Assembly: GCF_006345805.1 (NCBI RefSeq)
Contig: NC_043000.1
Span: 151,714,001-151,778,000, forward strand
Reading direction: 5' to 3'
From: Octopus sinensis
Lineage: Eukaryota
DNA: 64,000 nucleotides
The position numbers and the translations under genes are program-made. Of this stretch, positions 35,818 through 48,639 are shown piece by piece. Position 1 is the stretch's first letter; the number at the start of each line of letters is the position of its first letter. Below the pieces are notes generated by a model. It ran no database searches. It saw nothing but the letters and a program-made list of their open reading frames with translations, and had not been told where the DNA came from.

Positions 35818-36620
35818 AGGCGCAGCAGTGGCTGTGTGGTAAGTAGCTTGCTAACCAACCACATGGTTCTGGGTTCAATCCCACTGTGTGGCATCTTGGG
35901 CAAGTGTCTTCTGCTATAGCCCCGGGCCGACCAATGCCTTGTGAGTGGATTTGGTAGATGGAAACTGAAAGAAGCTTGTCATATCATCATCATCATCATC
36001 ATCATCATCATTTAGCGTCCGCTTTCCATGCTAGCATGGGTTGGACGGTTCAACTGGGGTCTGTGAAGCCAGAAGCTGCATCAGGCCCAGTCTGATCTGG
36101 CAGTGTTTCTACAGCTGGATGCCCTTCCTAACGCCAACCACTCCGCGAGTGTAGTGGGTGCTTTTTACGTGCCACCTGCACAGGAGCCAGACGGAGCTGG
36201 CAAACGGCCACGAACGGATGGTGCTTTTACGTGCCACCGGCATATATATATATATGTATGCGTGTGTTTGTGTGTCTGTAGTGTTTGTCCCCCTAGCATT
36301 GCTTGACAACCGATGCTGGTGTGTTTATGTCCCCGTCACTTAGCGGTTTGGCAAAAAGAGACCGATAGAATAAGTACTGGGCTTACAAAAAGAATAAGTC
36401 CCGGGGTCGAGTTGCTCGACTAAAGGCGGTGCTCCAGCATGGCCGCAGTCAAATGATTGAAACAAGTAAAAGAGTAAAAGAGTAAGAGTAAAAAGAGTAT
36501 ATATATATATATATATATATGCGTGTGTGTGTTTGTGTGTCTGTGTTTGTCGCCCTAGCATTGCTTGAGAAAGGCGGTGCTCCAGCATGGCCGCAGTCAA
36601 ATGTCTGTAAAAGAGTAAAT
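35818..36620 (+). mobile_element. SINE family 1 split by an antisense SINE family 2 (~35984-36241), followed by a deleted tail duplicate
   Basis: Head 35818-35983, (TCA)n plus family 2 reverse complement, family 1 resumes at the (TA)n tract at 36241. Confidence 0.8.
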
Positions 36621-39600
36621 ACAAGCTCCTACTTTTTTTCAGTGTTTGTTACACACCCGTATGTGTGACATAAAATGTGGAAAGAACTTTAGCTTTTAAG
36701 TCATGGAGTTATATTTCCCATTACTCCACGATTGTGAAGTTCCTTTCTAAGTTCCTTTTTATGTGTACAAGAACTTGGTGCACTGAACACATTTTATTTC
36801 TAACTGTACCCAGCGCTGAAATTTTAGCATTAAAGGCATTTATCAATGGTAAATACTCAGAAACATGCAACAGGATGTAACTTTCAGAATGTTTGCACCA
36901 ATTAATTATTCAAAATTATAAGAACAATTAACCACAAAGAAGTTGAAGTACTGTTTTTATCTCCTGAGTCAAGCCAAGCTGTTGAAAGTTTGAACCTTCA
37001 TCAGAGGTTAAATGCTTATGAGTAGGTTTGATGATAGACAAGAATTTTGTTAAAAGCAAGGCAAAATTATGCAGAATGCCACACCAGTATCCAGTTGTAT
37101 GTGAACCAGACATTTGTTCAATTTACATTTACCCAAGATAAATCATCATTTGTTGCACAAATAATGTTTAACCCTTTCGTATTTAGATTACTCAATCATA
37201 TGCAATGCTTAATTATTCTCATTGTTTTGAATTTATCATACATTATCTCATAGATTTGAGATTTCAATGATGTGATTGTTTATTTTTAGTGACACTTTAG
37301 GGTAAGTGTGAGAGGCCTGATCTGGTCAGTTTGAACATAAAACGCATAGAATATCTGGGCTGGGTTTGGCCAGTTTGAATACTAAATGGTTGAAGCTACT
37401 TCCTCATTATCAGGCTGGTCAGGATTTATACTTTTTACATTAACATTATGAACAGATATGTCAGAATACAGTGGTTTTGGCCTGCAGATGTTAATATGGC
37501 TTAATTTACCATTTACTACAAAGCATTTCTTTCTATATACAAGACAATACAAGAATGTAATAGCCCACAATTGCTGTAATGTTTAACTTAGATCAGTTAT
37601 TTTTGTTTATTAAACTTTCGCTGTGCTACAGATCCAAATACAAATGCTCACTGAGTGCACCATTGCAAGGCAAACTAGGTTTGAGACAGAGGAGGCAAAA
37701 TTCTAAGGCAATATTTTTGCCTGAGTACAACTGATGTCATAAATAAAAACTATATATTAATAAATTTTGCCTCTATATCATCTTTGAATGCAGAGAATTG
37801 ATATAAAAATGCATGCACATTGAGCTTTAGCAAGAAATCAGTAGCCAGTCTTCTTTGTTTATATTTAGATCCAAAACTTGGAACATGTCTGAGATGATAA
37901 GGCTTTCTTGAGATTTAGCCAATTTTTCAAAAGTGCATTTAAAAATTTTTCAGGTAGTCCAAATCATGATGCAAGGAATTTGGGCTTATCCAGTTCAAGC
38001 TTAGTGTTATCTATCAGCAGTTTTGAGTAAACTACATTAGCAATGTCTCTGTTTACTCTGTTTTAATTGTTCATTAAACTCCATCATAGTGTTATTAAAT
38101 GATTATGAGAAATGTAAATCTTCATCGTTAATCATAATACTTATAATAATTACATTAGTCCAATGAAGTAAGTGAAAAAAATAATTTCTAATTCTCAGGA
38201 CGATAAAAACTAATATCCTTTGTAAAGCTTCATACATGAAGAGCCTTACAGAGGATCCAGACACAAATTGCTTTCAAATGTATTCTTTTCCATAGGGATT
38301 ACTCGAAAACTATCAATTCCACTTAGCTCGACAATTCATTATTTATCTACTTTTCAATCTAAAACGTTGACTGAAAAAATATTCAGTGCAGTGGGATATA
38401 ACTGACAGAGAAGTCTACAATTTATTGACATATCTTTTTATCAGGAAGAAAGGCAGTTCCCATTACTCTTTAAAGGACCTTCAAGACAGGTGAGAGAGAG
38501 GGATGCACGGAAACTTGAACCAAAGAGCTCGCTCAAACGCTTGCGACAGGTAGCAGTGTTATACAAAGACAACCTATTAAGGCTACCCTGAAGTATGTCA
38601 TGCAAGGATTTTAACTCAGAATGCAAAAACTGGAACAAATGTCGCAACGTTCATACTGTCTTGACCCCTAAAAGATTAAAGGCAAAATTAATTACGGCGT
38701 GATTTGAACTCAAAATGCAGGGTCGGGACTAATATGGCAAGATATTCCATCTCGACGCCCGACTCACTGAGTGAATTTACACAAATATTAAGCCAATGTA
38801 CTTATTGGTGAATTTTGTATCGTTAATTTCTTAATTCAAATTATTTTCAAATATAGTACTTAGCTATTGTATTTTGATTTACAGCTTCTACGGCATGTAA
38901 TTGCTATACGGGAATTAAATTATCACAAACTGCTGCTAATAGCAGTGAGCAACACTTTATTGCAGGCTACAGTGTTTATTAGTGGTTTTTGTTTCCAACG
39001 ACTGCTACTTAATCAGGTCGACATTAACTATAATTAGTTGGGTAGTAAATTAAAACGTACAGCAACTTAAATGTGTATATTAAGTGGTTCAAAATTGTAG
39101 TTTGATAAAAACATCACCACTGACAACATGTATCAGAGATTAACACATTTTCGCTTCCAGGTCGTCCAAGTACGATAACTCTCTTACACACAGGTTTTAT
39201 ATATATATAGATATATACATATATCACGCCCTTCTGAAAATGTACACAGCAAAAGAGCTCCGCCAAAAAGGGTACCTGTTAGAAAATTAAATTCTACCCC
39301 AGTTTTCGGTTAAACTTTAAGGAAATACTGTAGGTTTAATTTCACTGAACGTAAATGAAAAAGAAGAAAATAGTCACTTTGATTGATTAAGATAGATAGA
39401 CAGATATAAAATACTTGGTGAAGTAGCTTGTTTATAATGCAGTAGCAGACCCATGACATTATTACTGTGAACTGGGTCAACCAATATCAGGAAAACCATG
39501 ATCAAAAGCATTCTTTCAGTAGTGATCAGTCTTCTGTTCGGACAGGAGTTTGAGGAACATTTGGCAGTTATTTCTACCAGGTGTAACGACTACGTCGATG

Positions 39601-42069
39601 ACCCCTCATCGGTTCAATATACAAATACCAAGAAACTGAAGTAGTATCTTTTATTGTGGAAAACGATTTAATTCGAGTGAAGATTTCCCGGCTGATTAAC
39701 AAAGATTTTTCCATAAGTACACTCCAAACAATAGTTCACAACCCTCTCTCTCTTTGCAGTTATTCCAATAGACTTAATTCCTTCGAACTAACCAACTCCA
39801 TTCGGTCTAAAACCCACCCGATACACACGTATTTATCGTCATCCTCATTGCGTTTCATACCCGCATTAAGCATTTCCCCAATTCTATACCAGTCCACGTT
39901 ATTGTTCTTTAGCCTTAGGTCTGCACTAATTGAGCAGAATTAAGATTAACTGATTATCTGTGTTGCAATCCTAAGCATCCTATTTTTCTCCACTGCATAC
40001 TGTTTCTAGAACTACATTCTCCAATGTGTTCTGCTTTAATTAGGTAGGATGTGATTTAAGGAAGCTATGGCTGTTATTTCTAGCAGGTTGAGCGACTACG
40101 TTAGCACGTTTCCCCTTTTTTATAGATGCCCACCAACAAAAGTTGAAGCTGAACATTAAACATTGATTCCATCAAATCTGGGAGGGTCTACAAATGTCAT
40201 GGGCGCTACTTAGGTTAAATAACAATATTTAAATAATAATAATACAAAATTCCTGTAATGAAGTGAATATCAAATCTCACCCACTGATATATTTAACGAG
40301 CGCTGACTAGCTTTTCCACTAACAAATAAGGCTGATGTGTGATTCAGTAGGGCCACACACTTACATATGTGAAACTCGACCGATTCAATGTGACAAACCT
40401 ATAGCACATTTAAACGTACTAAAGTAGGGTATTTTTTACTGTTACACCAATGTCACGAAAAGTATTTACTGTCATTACATTGGATTAGCAGATAATGTAG
40501 AATCCAGGACACTGGCTTTTCTTTTTACGTATATTTAAAATCTTTCAGTTTCGTCCTTGCTTGTTCGAAGTTCAATTCTGTCCTGTTGTCGATAACAAAA
40601 AGTAAAAAAAAATACCAGTGATATAATGGTTGTACCCTAATGTAAGACATTTTAATTTACTTTGCCTCTGTCGAGGGGTGGATGAGCGATCGAGAACTTT
40701 TCGAAGTCGTCAACATGTAATGAAATCGTTTATGTCACAGTCACATAGACAACCCATCAACATATGAACCCCGACGCTCTAGTGATAAGCGATACCACAA
40801 AGCACGAATTTATGAAGTATCATTTTTTAAATTTGAGGGTTTATTTTCAAATAGAAATAATTTATTTATTATATATAACTATAAATCGTGTTTTAGTTCT
40901 TTTGTTTATGTGGGGATGAACCGGAAGAAGAGGGTCATTTTCCCACGTACGTCAGTTTCAAAGAGCTAAGATATGGTGACTTCTAGTTTAGATAGCAGCA
41001 TCCTGCTAAAAAGAAAAACTCCGTATATTAAACAATAATAAAAGATGTGATCAGCTGTACAATTCTGCAGTATAAAAACATTGTTCTGTATTTTTTAAAA
41101 ACAGAATTATTCAATTTCTGCAACCCTACGACTATTTCTGTCAACCCATGCATGCTGTCGGTTTGCTAAATTACGTTACACATGCATTGTTGATTACGTA
41201 GCTAAAATAACAGCCGGGTTACATTTTTATTCTGAAATTTTGGGGGGTAAGGCTGGGTGCATGAAAGTAGGAATTATTGGCAATGTTTCGTTTGTCGTAG
41301 CAAACATTGCCGAATTATTAATTTTAGTAAAATGTATTCGTACTTATATCTAAGATTGACAAAAGATGCGTCTATATTTTTGTTCACCATCTGGTCATGC
41401 TGATCTCATACACATTAAGCTTCCCAATTCAAAAGAACCTGCTACGTAGTAAACCCTTTTGTGTACTCCAGATGTTTCAGAATAATTCAATAAAACATTT
41501 CAAATCAGTTACAAGCTGTGTGTTGATTATAAATAAACTTATACGCGGGTTTTATAAAATATCAGAGATTTGCATTTAATACAAAACATTTAGAAAATAA
41601 ATACACGAAGTTTTTAAACATAATATATATGAACCAGGACATGAATAGAAAAATTAACATTTCGCAAAACAGGTTTTGTTGATAAAACAGAAATTAAATA
41701 AAATAAATTTTCGATATTTGAAATGAATGAAAAGTTTGAATTTCGAATATAAATATCAGAAATGAATGTTTATATTTCAGAAACATTTAAAAACAAAACC
41801 TATAAAAGAACTTAATTTATAAATGCAATTTTTCTTCAACCACGAAGTAATTAAACGACAAAATTTCGTAATTAAAATAACTTTTTTTTTTTTTTCATGA
41901 GGTGTGACAAACATCAAAAGAACCATCAACAAAGGAATTAAAAAAAAACAAAGAATAACTTTGAGATTCTGCGTTTTAACATATATGGGAACACATGTAT
42001 CGAAAAAAATTGCTATTTTAAAATTGCAAAGCACTTATCGTGGAAATATATTCTTTTGTGACACATTAC

Positions 42070-42207
42070 CTTTTGCGAGTAGAAAGACAAGGGATGAAAG
42101 TACAGCATGAACCGGTTTTTCATGCTTGCGGCAGTGACCTTGCAGGGACTTATACTGGCGCGTCTGCTCGACGGCGTACTGCCTGGTCGGCTGGATGGCC
42201 GTGACAT
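42070..42207 (-). CDS. GDAP1: GDAP1 coding exon 1 (MSRPSSRPGS...LYFHPLSFYSQK)
   Basis: Ends in LYFHPLSFYSQK, the GST-N start motif, followed by donor AAG|gtaatg. 138 nt, phase 0, matching the next exon. Confidence 0.88.
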
Positions 42208-42768
42208 AATGCTATCAATGGTATTTATCGCAAACAGGAATAGCTGGTTTACCAAGAGTATTTCGACGGGTTTGCGCGATAGAACAAATGATCTAACTCA
42301 AATATACCTATCTAGTGATGGGGGAATTACCTATAATGGGAAAATGACATTCACTGATTGTCTTTAACTCGGTTCCATCGGTTACTTTTTCCTGATAGTT
42401 TCCCAAAATTGGAATTCGAAGAAGAGAAACGGAAAACGAACAAAGGATACCTTTAGTAATCGGATGATTAAAAGCCTGACGAAAAAGATTATCAAGCATT
42501 TTCTATATTTACGTAATTCAATGAATGTGTTGCTTAAAAGATTAAAAAATAAATCAGTGTAAATTATTATTTGTATAAACTATTGTAATAAAATACGACA
42601 AACTATTTGTTCTCTAAGAAATTGAGAAACGGTAAGAATTCCGTTTCAGGTACTCAAAGAAATATATATTTCGTGCCGCCAGGTAAGGGTGGCAAAAAAA
42701 TTTTCCTTTATTATTCATCATACATACATACATACATTCATACATACATAGATATCTGCAGACATGCA

Positions 42769-42823
42769 TAGATAGATAGATAGATATAGATAGATAGATA
42801 GATAGATAGACAGACAGATAGAC

Positions 42824-42881
<58 letters not shown>

Positions 42882-42882
42882 G

Positions 42883-42934
<52 letters not shown>

Positions 42935-42935
42935 C

Positions 42936-42966
<31 letters not shown>

Positions 42967-42991
42967 CAGATAGATAGATAGATAGATAGAC

Positions 42992-43026
<35 letters not shown>

Positions 43027-43099
43027 CAGATAGATAGATAGATAGATAGACAGATAGATAGATAGATAGATAGACAGATAGATAGACAGATAGATAGAC

Positions 43100-43134
<35 letters not shown>

Positions 43135-43187
43135 CAGATAGATAGATAGATAGATAGACAGATAGATAGATAGATAGATAGATAGAT
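42769..43187. repeat. (GATA)n microsatellite with interspersed GACA, ~420 bp
   Basis: Direct reading; it explains the spurious YLSI/SIYL ORFs. Confidence 0.97.
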
Positions 43188-43798
43188 ATGTGCATATACA
43201 TGCACATATACGTATTTATCCATTAGTTTTAACGAATGGGAAGAAAAATACTCAGTAACAAATGTAGTATATTTCTGCTGATGCAGGAATTTTTTGGAGT
43301 TTCCTCAAACTGGAAGAAAAGTAACTTTTTTCTTTCTTATTTATCGACTATACTTCAAGGCCAGTAATTTTGATGGGTGGGGACAAGTCGAATACATCGA
43401 CCCAAGTACTTAACTGATGCTTTATTTTATCGACTTTATCGTATTAACTACGGCGAGATTTGAACTCGGAACGCAAAGAGCCAAAAAAAGAATTGCCGAC
43501 ATGAGAACGATTCTGACTGCTAGCCTTATATATATACACACGTGCGCATCTTATTGGCATCGCCATATTCTGTAGTCTTCCCTACCATTTTATTTCTTCT
43601 TTATGTCATCGCACGAATTAATTTTTAAATATAGAGCACACACACTAAAAAAATATATGTGGACGAATTAGATAGATAGATAGATAGATAGATAGATTTA
43701 TCACGCTAGCTAGCTTAAATGTACGTACATACATACATACACGACCGCGTGCGCACACACACACACACAAAGTCTTACACTCTCAGCCTTTGTAGGTA

Positions 43799-44101
43799 GG
43801 TACTACGTGAGAACCGTGGTCCCGGTGCGGGCACCAGCGTAGTCACGCATCCGCACTAGCTAGTCGTAAGTAGTCGATCCTACAACGACTACCTAGCAAA
43901 GTAAATAAAACACAAAATAAATTAATTTTTTTACACAAAGTAAATCATTTTTGTTAAACAAAGTAAATTAAACACAAAAACACAAAGTAAATAATTTTTT
44001 AAACAAAGTAAATAACACACAAAAGCAAAGGATCGACTAGTCATGACTAGCTAGCGCGAGTATGCGAGTGCGCGCCGGGACCACTGTTCTCATGTAGTAC
44101 C
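43799..44101. mobile_element. MITE with ~75-bp imperfect TIRs (GGTACTAC...) and 9-bp TSD GCCTTTGTA
   Basis: TSD at 43786-43794 and 44102-44110; the core has ACAAAGTAAAT repeats. Confidence 0.8.
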
Positions 44102-44563
44102 GCCTTTGTATAGGTGTAATAAACATGTATCCCACTAAAAAAGTATCAATGTATACCTGCAGACTTGTATGTATGAATGTATACATATTTAGGGAGAGGG
44201 GAAAGGGTGGGGGGACAGAGAGAGGGAGAGAAATCTTTTAAAACATACTTTGAACATATTTGCGGTCCTTTCAAACACATAAGCCAAACCGCACACTATA
44301 CATTATTTGTCCCTGGATACCTGTGCGAGATTTGGGTGTATATATCAGAATATATATATACATAACAGATATTATTGACATATCCATTAATTTGGATTTA
44401 GATTAAATAATTTTCCTCAACGAAGATTAGTATATTTATGACTTAGTATCGTTAAACTAATGAATCAACGTAATTTAAGAGGATTATATATATTATATGA
44501 GACGCCATGGTAGATTGTTAGCCACTACACTGATTTTTTTCTCTCCTTGTTTTTTCTGTGTAC

Positions 44564-44599
44564 CTTTCTGTAGAAGAGCGTAGGCTCGAAACGTAAAAG
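44564..44599 (+). ncRNA. Hammerhead-like motif, second repeat family (~44505-44693), A6U core variant
   Basis: CTTT CTGTAGA A GAGC-GTAG-GCTC GAAAC GTA AAAG; stem I CUUU/AAAG. Confidence 0.55.
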
Positions 44600-44689
44600 A
44601 CTTTTTCTATTCCTGAGCGCTATACTAATACATCTGTTTGTTTTGTACACCATCTGTCTTCGTCTTTTGTTTATTTTCGTAAACTTTCC

Positions 44690-45207
<518 letters not shown>

Positions 45208-46076
45208 CATATATATATATATATATAAACAGTGAGGCAGTCAAAAGTGTGGCTGTGTGATAAAAAGCTTGCTTCCCGACCACATTGTTCCGGGTTCAGT
45301 CCCACTGCTTTGGTACCTTGGGCAAGTGTCTTCTACTATAACCGCGGGCCAACCAAAGCCTTGTTAGTGGATTTGTTAGACAGAAAGCGAAAGAAGCCTG
45401 TCGTATATATGAGTAAATATTTATGAGTGCATGTCTTTATGTCTGTTTGTCCCTCACCACCGTTTGACAACCAGTGTTAGTGTGTCTACGACTCCCGTAA
45501 CTTAGCGTTTCGGCAAAAGACACCGATATAAAGTCGATTTGTTCGACTAAAAAAAGTACATTCTATGTGGTGCCCCAGCATGGCCGCAGTCAATTGATTG
45601 AAACAAGTAAAAGATAAAAGAAGCCGGGAAGATAATTCATACAAGCAAGGTGACAGTGTTTTATCCGAATAAGAGAAGAACCGAAATTGTATTGAAAGAA
45701 ACGAGAAGCATGGACATGTGACTTCGGTGAAAAGACACAGCAATGCTATTAATATCTAAGTGCTAATGAAAATGTGTGTTTGTGTGCGTGCGTGCGCCTG
45801 TGTGTGCTTGTGTGTGTAAGTGGTGAGAGAGGTAGGGAAGGAAATAAGTTCTTAGCGAACCGAGTTTGCGATCCGGTTTCGATTTCCGGCCGTCAAGTGA
45901 ATCCCCTCGTGATATGTTAAGTGTATGACCGAAAGAACGAGTCTAAAAGCCTTCTGTAGGTCGTGTGTCTGACAAGTAGACGACCTTGATTTTATATACA
46001 AGCTATGTGGTTTAAAAGAGTGAGAAAGGGGTGAGATATTCTGTAAATATCACTCGTTGAATACATTTAATGTCCA

Positions 46077-46509
46077 CTAGCAGCATAGCCCGGCGTTGCC
46101 CGGGTATGTAAGAGCCCCCTAGTAGGCAACGACTAATCCCAATTTAGTCCTTTCCCTCTAGGGAACGAAGGCGCATGTGTAGGTTGCAATGTCTTCTCTT
46201 CATTCGAATACTTCTGTGAATACGATGTTCCTAGCTGTCCCTTTGGGCGATAAAAAGGTCGAGTTGTGTCCCCTAGACAGAAAATGTGTTGCATATAAAA
46301 AGCTTATATTCTCGACTCCATGTCGAATTTATCGATTTTTTTCAGAACTGGGGGAACTTTTCAAAATTTTCGCTGCGTTAGTTTTGAATTATAACATTGG
46401 GCTATGTGTGTGTCAAGTTTCATCAGAATCGGTTGAAAGCCGTGGTCAGGGTGAGGGTACAACCTGACAGACACACAGACAGACAAACTGCTGTTTATAT
46501 AGAGAGAGA
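46077..46509 (-). mobile_element. Non-autonomous Helitron family B
   Basis: 5' TCTCTCTCTATATAAAC, (CTGT)n tract, 3' cccgggcaacgccggg hairpin and CTAG|T. Confidence 0.75.
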
Positions 46510-47123
46510 TACTAGATTTGTGTTTGCCTGTCCGTCCGTGCATAAGCCTGCAAACTAGAACAGTTGAGGAAGCCGCTGAGAGGCCGCTTCACCTGCCGGA
46601 AAGGGTAACCAGATCTCACCTTATTATCTTCATAGCATACATTTGATAGTATGGTTCTAGATATACATTGTGTCTGAAACCAAAATGCTTTTGACCATAG
46701 GTGTGTATGATCAAATCTGACCTAGATAAACAACCAGTGTCACTATTTGAAATTTAATAAACCACGTTAAATATTTTCCTCTGGGTGTAATACTTTTATA
46801 GCGAGAGAAGTTTTTATATGTTAAAAAGGTCAATCTTCAATGTAGATGGACTGATGGGTGTCTTCTGTAGAAATCAGACGGATTTCCGAAACAAGTGTCT
46901 TGCCAAGGAAATCATGATCCACAATAAAATATTTATGCTGTTGAAGATATTCGGAAGTCTTGGCTTTTCATTCGATTAATAATTTAATGTAGGGGATGAG
47001 AACTTCACCCCTCCAGTATTACAGACCTTTCATCCTGTTACACAAGCATGCTATGTGTTCTGGAAACCGTGTCCATTTCGCTAGCGTAACTCAAAATTAA
47101 TCAATCTTAATTTTCTGATTATA

Positions 47124-48408
47124 TCAGGTCATCCCATAAGTTCTGTCCGACTTTACCTTTTCTTTTAAATTGAATGAAATTTAATAGTATTGGAATTAAA
47201 AATGGAATTAAAAATGATTTTTTTAATGCATTTGTGTACATTTAAACTAATTAAATATTATTTTACAGAATAATAGAATTAAAATTTCTTTGATTAAAAC
47301 CCTTTCTAACATGGAAATATCCAAAGAGCATTTGAGGCACATAATGCTTTATAAATACAAAAAAGGAAACTCTGCAGCCGAAGCAACTCGAAACATTCAC
47401 TCAGTTTATAAGAAAGAATGCTTGAACGAAAGAACTTGCAGAAGATGGTTTGCAAAATTCAGAAGTGGAGATATCAGTCTTGAAGATGATCGAACAGGAC
47501 GTCCAGTTGAGTTTGATGATAAATTCCTTGAGGCATTGCTTAAAGAAAATCCTGCATTATCAGTTGAAGAATTGGGAATAAAGCTTAGTTCAAACCATAC
47601 AACTGTTCATCGTCATCTTCGACAACTTGGAAAGGTTCCTAAACTTGGAAAATGGGTGCCTCATGAATTGTCTGAAAGCAACCGCAAATCCCGTGTCGAC
47701 ATCTGCTCTTCTCTCCATTCTCGCGAACTCATTTCACTCTTTTTGGATAGACTCGTGACTGGTGACGAAAAATGGATCTTCTATCGAAATGTTAAACGTC
47801 GTAAACAGTGGCTTGGTAAAAGGGAAAAAAGCTCAACCACAACCGAGAAGAGAACTTCATGGGGGAAAAGGTTCTTCTCTCTATGTGGTGGGATTGCAAA
47901 GGAGTAATTCCCTTTGAATTGTTACCACCTAATGCAACAATCAATGCAAAAGTCTCCTGTCAGCAATTGGAGCGATTGAACCAAGCTTTGAAGAAGAAAA
48001 AAACGCTTTAAGGAATCGAAAAGGAGTGATGTTTCATCAGGACAATGCTCGACCCCACACTGCAAAAATCACATCACAGAGGATCGAAGTCCTTGGTTGG
48101 GAAAAAATTCCTCATCCACCTTATTCTCCCGACCTTGCTCCTTCAGACTATCATTTGTTTTTTAGTTTACAGAATCATTTGGAGGACATAACTTTCGCAA
48201 GCCAGAAGGAAGTCGAAACTGACATTTCAGAGTTCTTCGCTTTGAAACCAAAAGAGGTTTACATTGATGGGATTAAAAAGCTTGTAAATAGATGGAAGGA
48301 AGTCATAATCATGGAAAATACAATGATGATTAAATTTCAATTAAATATAGCATTTGATCACTTGTTTTCTTTATTCAAAACTCGGACAGAACTTATGGGA
48401 TGACTTGA
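47124..48408 (+). mobile_element. Full-length mariner (DD34D), 1285 bp, frameshifted transposase
   Basis: TA|TCAGGTCATCCCATAAGTTCTGTCCGA...TCGGACAGAACTTATGGGATGACTTGA|TA; WVPHEL, TGDEKW, HQDNARPH and HPPYSPDLAPSDY motifs. Confidence 0.95.
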
Positions 48409-48639
48409 TAGATACGTCTGAGTGAGATTCGTTAAAATTCTTCCTAATGAACTAATTCAGTAGAGAACAGACGAACGCAGAGAGTATGGGAGAATCTGCG
48501 TTTAGGTATCAGTTTCAACTCTCTATTTGATCAATCTGATCAGTTTTCAAGGTTTCACCTAGTTTCTGCTAGTACAAAATTCTCGGAGAACTGGATTGAT
48601 ACCCTGCTTGTGGTCCAACATTGGAAGTCTACTCAGTCT

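Noticed and set aside
36650-38650. Protein-like fragments in GDAP1 intron 1 (LFLTVPSAE..., LYLDPK, and a possible 45-nt + strand exon at ~38445-38489)
   Set aside because: Many stops in all frames; the hAT-like motifs are in the wrong order; no consistent exon chain could be built.
42614-43223. 197-aa and 161-aa ORFs (YLSI repeats)
   Set aside because: Translation of the GATA microsatellite.
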